Part shown: one piece after another, positions 9,012 through 19,040 of the stretch
Layout: each line of letters starts with the position of its first letter
Numbering within the stretch: position 1 is the stretch's first letter
Origin: an uncultured virus (IMG/VR IMGVR_UViG_3300002231_000541)
Lineage: Duplodnaviria > Heunggongvirae > Uroviricota > Caudoviricetes
IMG/VR virus record: IMGVR_UViG_3300002231_000541
Span: 1 to 64,000 of that record
Strand: one strand, 5' to 3'
DNA length: 64,000 bases
Position numbers and translations under genes: made by a program
Notes under the pieces: generated by a model
Told to the model about the DNA's origin: nothing
What the model saw: the letters and a program-made list of their open reading frames with translations, nothing else
Database searches by the model: none

Positions 9012-9323
9012 ATGTCATTGAGCGATGAGAGGACCAACAAGCTCTTAGATATGGTTCAATCTTTATTGGATGATAATCTTAGTTTTGGTTCCACAGACGA
9101 TGATAAGGTAGCATTACCATATGAGATTTTAACTTTCCCAGAAGAACTTGGGCACGCTGCGTGGTTTTTGGATCCCACTACAAGAACAATGGTGAGATTA
9201 TATAACAATACTGAAATTGTTCGAGTGACTGATCCGGATGATGATGGGAAAGTAATCATAAAATATCCATCCGGCTTTGCACTGGTTCCAAAAGAATATG
9301 TTGTCGAAATAGGCTTCAATTAA
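9012..9323 (+). CDS. hypothetical protein (SH3-like C-terminus)
   Basis: AGGAGG RBS; CTATTTAT motif at 8984-8991. Confidence 0.75.
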   Translation: MSLSDERTNKLLDMVQSLLDDNLSFGSTDDDKVALPYEILTFPEELGHAAWFLDPTTRTMVRLYNNTEIVRVTDPDDDGKVIIKYPSGFALVPKEYVVEIGFN

Positions 9324-9334
9324 GGATTATCAAA

Positions 9335-9700
9335 ATGAATGAGTTAACAAAGGAAGATATTGCTAAAATAGTAAAAGCTTCCAACCAAGAGACTTTAGAG
9401 GAATTCTTCCCTAGTGACGTGGATCAAGGCGTCAAAGCCAGAGAGGAAACTCTTCAGCGCTATAATGGATATGTTAATAGTGCTAAGAATTTCCTAGATC
9501 AGATTATTGAGAGAGCCAAGGGTGATTACGAAAACGGAATTATCAATGATGCTGATATTGACTATCTCATCAGTGACCAGTGTGAAAGAGCAATGCAGGC
9601 GGTATCCTATGTTAAAGATTCTTTGATTGCCCTTAAGGGCCCGGGTATCAAAACAACAGAAGTAGGACCCACTTACCCCACCAGTAGGTATGAGGAATAA
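9335..9700 (+). CDS. hypothetical protein with a leader-like N-terminus
   Basis: 121-aa ORF, MNELTKEDIAKIVKA..LEE. Confidence 0.7.
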   Translation: MNELTKEDIAKIVKASNQETLEEFFPSDVDQGVKAREETLQRYNGYVNSAKNFLDQIIERAKGDYENGIINDADIDYLISDQCERAMQAVSYVKDSLIALKGPGIKTTEVGPTYPTSRYEE

Positions 9701-9702
9701 AC

Positions 9703-10164
9703 ATGTGGCTTTCTGGCTCTGGTATTGAAACCGACCTGGGAGACATAATGAGAAAAATAAAGATGCACTCTNGTCAAAATGGCGGGGTGTTTATTGGTTG
9801 TGATAGCCAAATCATTAAGAGTCAGTGCATCTTTTCCACTGTTATCTGCTTACACGGCGCGGATGGTCAGTCTGGTGGGTGTTATTTTTATAAACGTGAA
9901 AAATTAAAAAGAAAATCCTTCCCTACAATGTTGACGAGACTATCTAAAGAGGTGGAGAAATCAATAACTATGGGGTATGAAATTTTAGATGCACATCCAG
10001 ATATTGATATCGAAATTCATATCGATGCAAGCTCTAAAAAAGAGCAAACAACCAACAAGTGGGCAGACATGCTAATGGGGTATGCCAAGGGAGCGGGCTT
10101 TAAATGCAAGATTAAGCCTGATGCATGGGCTTCCAATTCCATAGCAGACAAACACTCCAAATGA
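9703..10164 (+). CDS. ribonuclease H-like YkuK (DUF458) family protein
   Basis: FIGCDSQ, GGCYFY, RL..EV..S, IEIHID and IKPDAWAS..AD motifs. Confidence 0.85.
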   Translation: MWLSGSGIETDLGDIMRKIKMHSXQNGGVFIGCDSQIIKSQCIFSTVICLHGADGQSGGCYFYKREKLKRKSFPTMLTRLSKEVEKSITMGYEILDAHPDIDIEIHIDASSKKEQTTNKWADMLMGYAKGAGFKCKIKPDAWASNSIADKHSK

Positions 10165-10409
10165 AACTACGACAAGACGAGCTTCCAATAATAGGCGAAG
10201 AATTATTAGATTGCTACGAGGTTGGTGATTTAGTCAAGTTTTGTGGTGATAGCATGCTAGAAATCAAACATGGTATCATCTTGGATATATATAATCTTCC
10301 GCTTTCCGAAAGAATGTTTCCTCATGCAACTGTCTATGTGATGGGTCATGATAGGAGAGAACAAATACTCTTGGGAAATTTGACGATTCTTTCTAAAGTT
10401 TCAGACTAA
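10161..10409 (+). CDS. small KOW/SH3-like 'VGDLV' protein
   Basis: YEVGDLVKF..HGIILD..NLTILSK; ATGA overlap with the previous gene. Confidence 0.7.
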   Translation: MKLRQDELPIIGEELLDCYEVGDLVKFCGDSMLEIKHGIILDIYNLPLSERMFPHATVYVMGHDRREQILLGNLTILSKVSD

Positions 10410-10465
10410 TTATAGTGAAAAACTATCTACGTCGTGATAGTACTAATATTTAGGAAACTTAAAAA

Positions 10466-11197
10466 ATGAGTAATTTTGATTTTAAATCAGTGATTAGGGA
10501 AAATCTTTATCACGCCAACTACCCCCATGATGATAAAGTTGTCATCACCCTAAATGAAGGGCAAACTTTGCTCATCGAAAGAGAGATTCATGAAGGAATC
10601 ATGGATATTTTAAGGGGGTATACTAAAGAACAACCAGGCTGGAAAGCGGAACTCGGAAAACAGATCGATGTTTATCTAAATAAAAGCAGCGCCCTCGGAC
10701 AATCTGAAAAAGTTAAGCTAAGAAATTCTTACCTAAACCACCTAGATGATTTGCCTGATGAATTTTATCAAAATACTGGCGCCGTCGCCGATGTGGAAGA
10801 TTCCTTACAAGCTGCCGCTGCGGGCGATACAGAGACGGCAAATGCGGAAATGGGAAATGCTCTAGATACGGTAGGTGATTTAGGTAACGCTGATGAGACT
10901 CCCACAGAAGAGGTACCCAGAGCCCAAGGGATTACTGCTTGGAGCACCCTTAAGCCTATGTTTGCACAGTATCTCGCTGGTAAATCTAGTTCTTTTGCTA
11001 AAAAGAGATTACTGGGAGCAGTTAAAGCTGTATTAACTCGCACAGGAGCTAAATTATCTGCACAAGGAGCAGAAGAAGTATTAGCTATGATGAAGCAAGC
11101 ATCGACAGTGAGCGAGTCCCAAATTAAAGAAGGTTCCCTGAGAAAACTATTTATAGAATCAGTTAAGGCATATATTGAAAATGAAAATAACAAATAA
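10466..11197 (+). CDS. hypothetical protein (putative head-packaged protein)
   Basis: CTAATTAT at 10406-10413; several [ILV]xE motifs at both termini. Confidence 0.7.
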   Translation: MSNFDFKSVIRENLYHANYPHDDKVVITLNEGQTLLIEREIHEGIMDILRGYTKEQPGWKAELGKQIDVYLNKSSALGQSEKVKLRNSYLNHLDDLPDEFYQNTGAVADVEDSLQAAAAGDTETANAEMGNALDTVGDLGNADETPTEEVPRAQGITAWSTLKPMFAQYLAGKSSSFAKKRLLGAVKAVLTRTGAKLSAQGAEEVLAMMKQASTVSESQIKEGSLRKLFIESVKAYIENENNK

Positions 11198-11648
11198 CTC
11201 AAATCGCGATATCTCTGATGTCACAAAAATGCTTGAAAGCTTCTATCCTTTTGCCCAAGAAAGAATGGGATTTGATAGAGAGCCGTCAATTGTATTTGAA
11301 TCTGATTTGGAAAATGCGAAGAAGACACTTGGAAAAACTGCTCACTATGAGCCAGCCAGTGGCACCATTACAGTTTATGTTGATAGTCGACACCCCAAAG
11401 ATATTATGAGATCTTTTTCTCATGAGCTGGTCCATCATGCACAAAATTGTGATGGGCAGTTTGACGTCCCTATGGAAATGGGTGAGGGGTATGCACAAAG
11501 AGATGAGCATTTAAGAAAAATGGAAGAAGATGCCTACCTAAGAGGAAATATGACTTTCCGCGATTGGGAAGATGGTTATAAAGAACTTGGCGCGCTTCAA
11601 GAACAAAGAGAAAGATTATATTATGAATTAACTAGGAGACTTTGGTAA
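11181..11648 (+). CDS. zinc metallopeptidase-like protein
   Basis: SFSHELVHHAQ (HExxH) with a downstream EEDAY. Confidence 0.75.
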   Translation: MKITNNSNRDISDVTKMLESFYPFAQERMGFDREPSIVFESDLENAKKTLGKTAHYEPASGTITVYVDSRHPKDIMRSFSHELVHHAQNCDGQFDVPMEMGEGYAQRDEHLRKMEEDAYLRGNMTFRDWEDGYKELGALQEQRERLYYELTRRLW

Positions 11649-11863
11649 TGAATCCATTCGGTCCCGGATTAGAACAACAAAATTACAATAAAGACGAACT
11701 CAAGGATAGGTATGGTGCACCGAGGCCAAACATGTTTTTGAACCCTAAAGGGACCGAAGATGAAGCCGCCTACTTGGTGGCTAAACAAGACTGGATAAAC
11801 AATAATCCCGCTCAATATGGTGAAATTTGTGCAGCCAAAGTTGATGTGAATGGTAAATATTAA
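11648..11863 (+). CDS. hypothetical protein
   Basis: 71-aa ORF abutting both neighbours. Confidence 0.6.
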   Translation: MNPFGPGLEQQNYNKDELKDRYGAPRPNMFLNPKGTEDEAAYLVAKQDWINNNPAQYGEICAAKVDVNGKY

Positions 11864-11876
11864 GGAGAAATAAATA

Positions 11877-12940
11877 ATGGCAGTTAAATGGTCATGGGCT
11901 TTCGGGGCTGAAACGCCTCAAGATTTAGAAAACGCAGGGTGGACAGTTCCTACCAAGGACCCTCTGTATCTCACTTCGTCTGCAACTAGGACATATACTT
12001 ATCCTGGTTCCCCTGCAAGGCGATCATTGAACATATATCGAGATACAATCGTAGCGGCGCCCGCTGGGTCCGTTGCCGCAGAAGGTTGGGTAGGTGTTGC
12101 TTTTTATTGTGACGATACATTCGACAGTTGGTATCGAAGCAGACATATCATTAGTGTAGAAGATGAGAACGGAAAAGCCATTTCGGTTTATTGCGCCACG
12201 GACAACACTCAAACTATCAGTTTGTTTGTGGGAGACACCCCGGACCCTTCGGGAAGTTATGTGGTCTCTCCGAATGACTGGCATTATATTGCTCTTCAAT
12301 ATTCGATGACCTCCTCTACATGGTCTGGTCGTTGGTATTTAGATGGAGTAGCTATGGGATCCCTTACTACCGATGCATCTGAAGATCCGGCGACCGAAGA
12401 CCAGCTGAAACTGAGTATAGCAGGTATGAGTAATGCCGGTCGGTTGGGTACATGGTATGGACAGATTGTAACATGGGACGATAAACTCACCCGATCCAGG
12501 ACAGGTATCCAGGTATGTCACAAGAATTCAACCTGGGAAAGATACTGGAGCTGCTGGTACGTGGGTACCTTCTGTTGGAACCGATGATTTTGCTTGTATT
12601 AAGCGGAACAATGGTAACTGGAACTTATGTTCAGAATACTGCTGCTCTTGTCGGCCAATATTTAACCTGCCAAATCAGCGCCTCTGCAGGATTACAAATC
12701 TTAAATCAGCTAGGCACCACTCCAGCGAACATCAACGGAGTGACTGTTCACGGCCTTGTTTCAGGCTCTGGCCCATATGGCAAAGTCGCCCTAGGAGACA
12801 ACAACGCTGATTGGTCTAGAGGGTCAGCTGTTTTGCCAACCATAGCAGACCCCAAATATGCATATGCCACAGCTGCAACTGCATCTGGAGGTGCTTGGGC
12901 AGGTACAAGCACTGTTTATTTAAAATATGAGGTAAGTTAG
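11877..12940 (+). CDS. LamG/concanavalin-like virion protein (two fragments, probable indels)
   Basis: WHYIALQY..WYLDG beta-sandwich pattern; fragments 11877-12587 and 12515-12940 overlap; AAGGAG RBS. Confidence 0.6.
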
Positions 12941-12943
12941 ATT

Positions 12944-15900
12944 ATGGCTACTTTTGCCGATGGATTAGTCGCCTATTATCCGTGTGGCTCCCCCTATGAC
13001 AAGTGGGACCGATTCGATGTGTCGTTCAATAATGTGACTCCCGACTTTCTGGGCCCTATTAGTAGAAGCTGGGAGTATGGAGGCACTACTTCAACCGCCA
13101 CTCTCCCTGTTGAAATTCCGAACTCAAGCGGTGTATATACCATATCTTTGTGGTTTCGGCAGCTAAGGCCAAACTTCAGAACTGCCATTACTGATGCGGG
13201 TGGTGCCAATGATACACCCATTCGAATTAATGGTGTAGGAAATGATATCGGAGTCCGCCAAGGTGGAGTATTCTATGGCACTGGATATAATCCCTCTGGG
13301 TTCGTAGGATCTACTTCGTGGAATCACCTCGTCGTCACATCTGATGGGACGGGTAATGTAGAATTTTATATCAACGGTGCTCCGGTTGGTACCGCAGCAG
13401 CTCCAGCTCCCCTAACTAATAACTGGATAGCTATCGGAAACCAAGCTGCAGCAAACCGTTATTTCGCTGAAGCGCTTGCCGAAATTGCTTTCTGGGATCG
13501 TGCTCTGACTGCTTCTGAAGTTAACACAATATATGATACCAACGCTGCGAAGCAAACGCTTGAAAGATTGTTGGAGCCCCAATTTGCACTTCCGGGCAGC
13601 AAAAGAGATTCAGAGTGGATAAATATGAGCAGTAATGCTTTCCTTTATCATATGAATGATGTAGCCACCGGAAATAGTGCTTATGATGATTCTGGAAATG
13701 GATATACGGGAACTGGCTCAAATGTAACTAATATTTCTAGCCCTGTAAAATTACACAGTGGGTCATACGTTCCTCCTGGGACCATTTTTTCTTCTGCCTC
13801 TTATTTCAATGGTACTAACGCATATATTGATACGAATCGCACGCCTGGTGCAATGGGCATGGATGGGAATAACTCTCGATCCATGGTTTTCTGGGCTTCT
13901 TCTTCGGCGTGGCTAAATGATAAAATATTATTCACTATGGGGCTCAATTCTAGTGGACAAGATTTTAGTTTAGTAACCAAAACCACAAATAGAATCAGTC
14001 TCAATACTTGGGGCGCTGATGCTTACTGGAATATTCCTTCTTCTCCTCTAGGGTGGAATCACTATGGTATCACCTATGATAGCTCTTCTTATGCTGCCAC
14101 ATTTTATTTTAATGGGGCTCCTGTTGGTATTTGGTATTTTGGATCAGGGAGAAACACTTCAAATGCCAATAACATGAGAATTGGCGGACCCAATTATCAA
14201 TGGGATTACTTTACAGGCGCGATTCAAGAATTTGCAGCGTTTTCTGGCAGTGTCCTAACAGACGCCAACGTTCTATCCATATATAATAATCAAGTAGCCA
14301 ACTTTCAACCTATTAGTGGATCCGCCACTCTTTCTAACCTATTTGTCTCACTTGTTCACGATGGCCCACCTACGATTAACGTAGACTCCCTTTTTGCATC
14401 AGTAGTGCATGATGGGCCCGCTACTGTGAGTCTTGACTCTTTATTTGGGTCGGTGGTTCATGGAAAGGGCGCTTTTAACGTCCCTGATATTACCGGAAGT
14501 GTAGCACTCACAGCGTCTTTTGATGCAACCCCTCAAGGCTTACCTTCTGGCTCTACTGCGTATCAATGGAGTTGGGCTTCTGTTCCTACGGGAAGCTCAA
14601 TTGCCAATGATCGCGAAAATCTACCCAACAGCGGAAGCACCTATCCAGTCTCCGGTAATAAACTGTTGTGGCACTTTGACACACAGAATACAACCACCAC
14701 ACAAGTTGGATCAATTGGTTTGCGAGACACTTTTGGTGATGGGTGGCATGGAAATAACTTTATAACAGTTAATGTCAATGGCGCACCAGCATTGACCAAC
14801 ATAACTTTAGGAGCAGGTAGTGGGCCTGAATGGTTTGATTTTACAGCCGCTGATGGCGATAGCGTTGAAGTATTATACACGCCAGGATCTTTCCCTACAG
14901 AATGCTTTTATACTCTTAATAGTGGATCACAGGGAAGCGGAGTGGACTTTTATACATCACCCACCAATCCGACTGTTCCTTATAACTTTACTGCCAGTGG
15001 CTTCCTAACCGCATCTTCTCTATCCACTCCAGACTCCAGTGGGCAAGGCAATACGGGAACAGTTTCTTCGGGATCTACTCTTGTTACTTCTAAATATGTA
15101 GGCACTCATGCTTATTTCTTAGATGGCGTGAGCGGCAGCATTACCGGACCCAAGCCTTCAATTCTAGGTATAGATGGAGGCAATAGTCGCTCAATCTCTT
15201 TCTGGGCCTCTGCTTCAGCTTGGCAAGATTACGGCATTATATTCAGTATGGGAACAAACGCTACTAATCAAGACTGGACCCTTACTCAAAATACTCCAAA
15301 TAATTTAAGATTATCCAACTGGTCCGGCCCAAGTGATTTAATAGTGACAGCAGGATCCCTTGTTGGCTGGAATCATTATTTTGCCATCTATGACTCATCT
15401 AATCTTACTGCGTATTTGTACCAAAATAATCAACTGCTAGGAACCAAGACGCAAGTACAAAACACCAGTGACGCGAGCAACCTAACTATAGGTAAAGGTA
15501 CGGCCGGCTGGCTTGCAGCGCCGAGATTTAGTGGATCTATCGATGAATTTGCGGTGTGGAATCGCGCGCTGTCTGAATGCGAAAGAAATACTATATACGG
15601 ATTTCTACTAGACAGGATCCAATATCGCAGCTCAAGGAAGTAGTCCAAATCTCCTAGAACAGTTCTCGTTCGTTCCCGATGTTACAGGATCCTATGTTAT
15701 AGACCTAGAGATTGTCGACCACAGCAATTGCACCAGCTTGACAGGAAGTGTTACAGCTTCGATTGGGCCCACTCCTCCTACGGACTGTGCTGGAGTTATC
15801 GGGGGTTCGGCATATGTAAACTCTTGTGGGTGGTGCGTTGGCGGAACTACTGGTCGACATGCCACATACGGACAATTTGTTTGCCCCGATGGAGCAACTA

Positions 15901-16115
15901 TTTGTAGTTCATCGAGTGGCGGTGTTCCTACTGGGTCATGTGCCGGCGCAGTGATCACTGGAAGTGGTGACGATTTATTAGTAACCAGCAAATATGGCCT
16001 GCAGTATTCAAAGAAGGCTACAGAACAGCGCTTTCGTAGGGTTGCGCAAATTCCATTTGTATTAAGTTCTAAGAGTTTTTTATCGATTCGCAAAAAATCA
16101 GATGACGAATTTTAA
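12944..16115 (+). CDS. multi-LamG + PKD-like fibre/adhesin protein (indel near 15610)
   Basis: Three LamG-type domains (WNHLVV..FYING..EIAFWDRAL; WNHY..QEFA; WNHY..DEFAVWNRAL); YQWSWASVPTGS...FSFVPDVTGSY; DCAGVIGGSA..CGWC motif. Confidence 0.8.
14331..14464 (+). repeat. three tandem ~17-aa repeats within the fibre protein
   Basis: LSNLFVSLVHDGPPTI / VDSLFASVVHDGPATV / LDSLFGSVVHG. Confidence 0.8.
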
Positions 16116-16164
16116 TAATAATAGAAAAATTTAAACTATTTATTATATCGAAGGAGACTTTACC

Positions 16165-16407
16165 ATGGGTAAGAGATATAAAAGATTTATTTTACCAGCT
16201 CGGAAAAAAGCTGAAGCTGAAGCAAAAGAAAAGGCAGCCAAAAAGGCAGCCGATGCCAAGGCGCGCGCCGAAGCTGCACGAAAGGCAGAGGCGGAAGCCG
16301 AAAGGCGCCGCGCGGAGGAGAAAGCTCGTAAAGATGCTGAAGCTGAAGCTAAGCGCAAGTCCTCCTCTAAATCCAACAACAAAAGATCTAAGAAAAAAGA
16401 GGAATAA
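16165..16407 (+). CDS. Lys/Ala/Glu-rich basic low-complexity protein
   Basis: KKAEAEAKEKAAKK repeats; AAGGAG RBS; CTATTTAT at 16136-16143. Confidence 0.75.
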   Translation: MGKRYKRFILPARKKAEAEAKEKAAKKAADAKARAEAARKAEAEAERRRAEEKARKDAEAEAKRKSSSKSNNKRSKKKEE

Positions 16408-16411
16408 CCAA

Positions 16412-16681
16412 ATGGACTTCAACAAGATGACTAGAGACTTTCTTCTAGGCGAGGCTCGTCAAACTACTTCGGGGATGTCTCGATTGCGGGCCATAAAAGA
16501 AGCCCTAGAGAGCTTAAAACCCAGAACCATAAAAGAAAGACAAAGAATTGAAATTGCTCACGAAAACTTGGCACACATTCGACGAAGTTATCGAAAACTA
16601 GAAGAACAAAATAATGCGCTCCTAGAAGAAAATAATCACTTGACAGAAAAGTTGCAATTATTAGAAGAAGAAAAGGAATAA
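16412..16681 (+). CDS. coiled-coil hypothetical protein
   Basis: Start at ATG 16412 (MDFNKMTRDFLLGE); heptad-rich C-terminus. Confidence 0.7.
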   Translation: MDFNKMTRDFLLGEARQTTSGMSRLRAIKEALESLKPRTIKERQRIEIAHENLAHIRRSYRKLEEQNNALLEENNHLTEKLQLLEEEKE

Positions 16682-16685
16682 TAAG

Positions 16686-19022
16686 ATGGGTGGACTAGCT
16701 GGGCATATGAGTCATCTATATGACAACCCTCGCCTAACATTTTCAGAGATTAAGAGTATTCTCCAAGATGCTGCCGAAGGAAACCTAGAAGGGACCGAAA
16801 AAACGGACGGCCAGAATCTGTATATTTCTTTTTCTGTTCCTAAGCAGGAATTAGAGTTTGCTGATGGTGGTGCCAAGGCTGCTCGCAATAAAACTAACAT
16901 TAAAGCTGGTGGTATGAACGCTCGACAGTTGGCGGACAAATTTTCGTTCAATAAAGCTTTAAAAGCCTCCTTTTCTCAAGCGCTTCGGAACTTTGGCGAT
17001 GTAGTCAAGTCCTTCCCGCGAGATAAGCAAATAGAAATATTTGGCCCAGACACCAATATATATTACAACGCCGAGATCATCAATCCAGATACGGCGAATG
17101 TTATCAATTATGATTCTAAACTTGTATCCATCCACCGAGGCGGTGGGGCCGAATTTGATAAAGAAACTGGCGCGCCAGTACAAGTTGAAATCACTGACCC
17201 CGAGACTGGCGAAGTAATCACTGGTCCAAAAGATGTCTCTAGGCACGCACAAATGCTTTCTGATGTTTTAGACGACGTGCAACAAGACTTATCCAACAAT
17301 AAATTTAAAATTGAAATGGATGCTATTTTTAATCTCAAGGCTCTTGAAGATAAGACTGCTTTACAGAATGCACTCAATACAATAGAATCTCAACTTTCAA
17401 GCGAAGGGATTTCCGACAGCCAAATGGTGATCGAATATATCATGGCTCGTATTCTCTCCATCCTACAGGAAGAAGGTTTGAGTCTAGATGAGGAAACTGA
17501 AAAACTAATCTTGAAAAGAATTCTTTTATCCAACCCCTCTTATCGATCTGCGTATGGGTATGATAAGATGCCTAAAGAACTTGATCCTCGTACTATTTTA
17601 AAAAACGCAAGTGCAAAAGATAAAAATAGAGTAATTTATCTTCTTAAAAACTCTAAAGAGATTTTAGCGAAAGCCATCGAACCTATTGAGGAAGCTATTC
17701 ATGACTTTTCGGTGGAGATGCTCCGAGGCTTAGAAAGTCTATTTATCCTAGATAATAAGAAAGAAACTGAAAGGTTGAAGGGAGAAGTATCCAAAGCTAT
17801 CGCAGCTATTGAAGCTTCAGGCCATGAGGGCGCCCTTGAGATCTTACAGAAGCAAATGAACAAGCTCAAAAGTGTGGAAAATGTCTCTACTGCTGCTGAA
17901 GGTTTTGTATTTGACCACGATGGATGGTCATACAAGTTTACAGGAAACTTTGCACCCATTAATCAAATTCTGGGGCTTTTTAAGTATGGCAGAGCAGGCA
18001 TTCCTCCTTTGGAAAAAATAAACGAAGAAGTAAAAGCTGATGACAAGTATGTGGTTCTCATTCCTGGAGGCTTTAAGCCTCCTCACAAGGGACATTACGC
18101 ACTACTAGAAAACTATGCTAAGATGCCCAGCGTCGAGGCTGTAGTCGTTTTCACCGGACACAAGCCTCGCGAGGGAGTCACTCGGGAAATGTCAGAACAA
18201 TTATTTGAGTTATACGGAGGCCTCTCTGATAAAGTTATGTTCATAGAAGACAGCAAACCTATGGGCGCGGCCTTTGAAAAACTTGGCGAACAAGATTTTG
18301 TAAACCAATTTAGCCAGGACGCAGTATTCACCCTGGGGTGTGGAGATAAAGGAAAAGACGCGGCAAGAGCTATAATGTTTGAAGAATGGTGGAATAAAAA
18401 TGAAGACAAAAACCTCCTTAATGTCAGGGTCGGAAATATTGGCGCCTGTCCGGCTCAAATTTCAGATACTGGCTCTCCTCTATCCGCATCTATGATGAGA
18501 AAAGCTGCAAGAGAGGGGGATGATACAACCCTAGAAGCCCACATTCCTCAAGGAGTTGACGTTGGCTCCGTTAAGCGAATCTTACCTTCATCATTGGCTG
18601 AAATGATTTTTGATATTATTGAAGAAGTTACATCAGAAAAGCAAAGAAAGTGGGCATGTGCACAGATTGATGACCCGGATGAACTTACGCGAAAGCAAGC
18701 CAAAGAGTTTTGTTCCGCTGATCTAGAAGAATATAGAACCATCAATTATAGTATGGGTGAACCCCCTAAGAAGTCACCAAAAAAGAAAAAGACATATAAT
18801 GAACCAGGAGTTCATAGTGATTACAGACCCGATAAAAAAGAGGCACCTTCGAGAGAAGAGAGAGAAGATGAGTTCGACCCTCTTGAGGAGTTGTCTGCCA
18901 TGAGTGCAGGAGCCGTTTCCGGACCTGGGTCTAAAAACAAAGATGAAGAAGAAGAGACCTTGATTAGAGAATATATCCGAGGCATCAAAATTAAAACGAA
19001 GATAAGAACAAAAGCAAACTAA
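16686..19022 (+). CDS. fusion of an ATP-dependent ligase-like nucleotidyltransferase domain and a HIGH-family (cytidylyltransferase/NMNAT-like) domain
   Basis: EKTDGQN (KxDG), NAEII, EGFVF, YKFTG; then PGGFKPPHKGH ... LSASMMR. Confidence 0.75.
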   Translation: MGGLAGHMSHLYDNPRLTFSEIKSILQDAAEGNLEGTEKTDGQNLYISFSVPKQELEFADGGAKAARNKTNIKAGGMNARQLADKFSFNKALKASFSQALRNFGDVVKSFPRDKQIEIFGPDTNIYYNAEIINPDTANVINYDSKLVSIHRGGGAEFDKETGAPVQVEITDPETGEVITGPKDVSRHAQMLSDVLDDVQQDLSNNKFKIEMDAIFNLKALEDKTALQNALNTIESQLSSEGISDSQMVIEYIMARILSILQEEGLSLDEETEKLILKRILLSNPSYRSAYGYDKMPKELDPRTILKNASAKDKNRVIYLLKNSKEILAKAIEPIEEAIHDFSVEMLRGLESLFILDNKKETERLKGEVSKAIAAIEASGHEGALEILQKQMNKLKSVENVSTAAEGFVFDHDGWSYKFTGNFAPINQILGLFKYGRAGIPPLEKINEEVKADDKYVVLIPGGFKPPHKGHYALLENYAKMPSVEAVVVFTGHKPREGVTREMSEQLFELYGGLSDKVMFIEDSKPMGAAFEKLGEQDFVNQFSQDAVFTLGCGDKGKDAARAIMFEEWWNKNEDKNLLNVRVGNIGACPAQISDTGSPLSASMMRKAAREGDDTTLEAHIPQGVDVGSVKRILPSSLAEMIFDIIEEVTSEKQRKWACAQIDDPDELTRKQAKEFCSADLEEYRTINYSMGEPPKKSPKKKKTYNEPGVHSDYRPDKKEAPSREEREDEFDPLEELSAMSAGAVSGPGSKNKDEEEETLIREYIRGIKIKTKIRTKAN

Positions 19023-19040
19023 TTATAACATATACTGGAG

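Noticed and set aside
10421..10442. Small hairpin ACTATC/GATAGT upstream of ORF 10466
   Set aside because: Only a 6-bp stem with no U-tract; could arise by chance
16165..16407. TolA or histone H1 assignment
   Set aside because: The similarity is only low-complexity K/A/E composition; no TM anchor or globular domain
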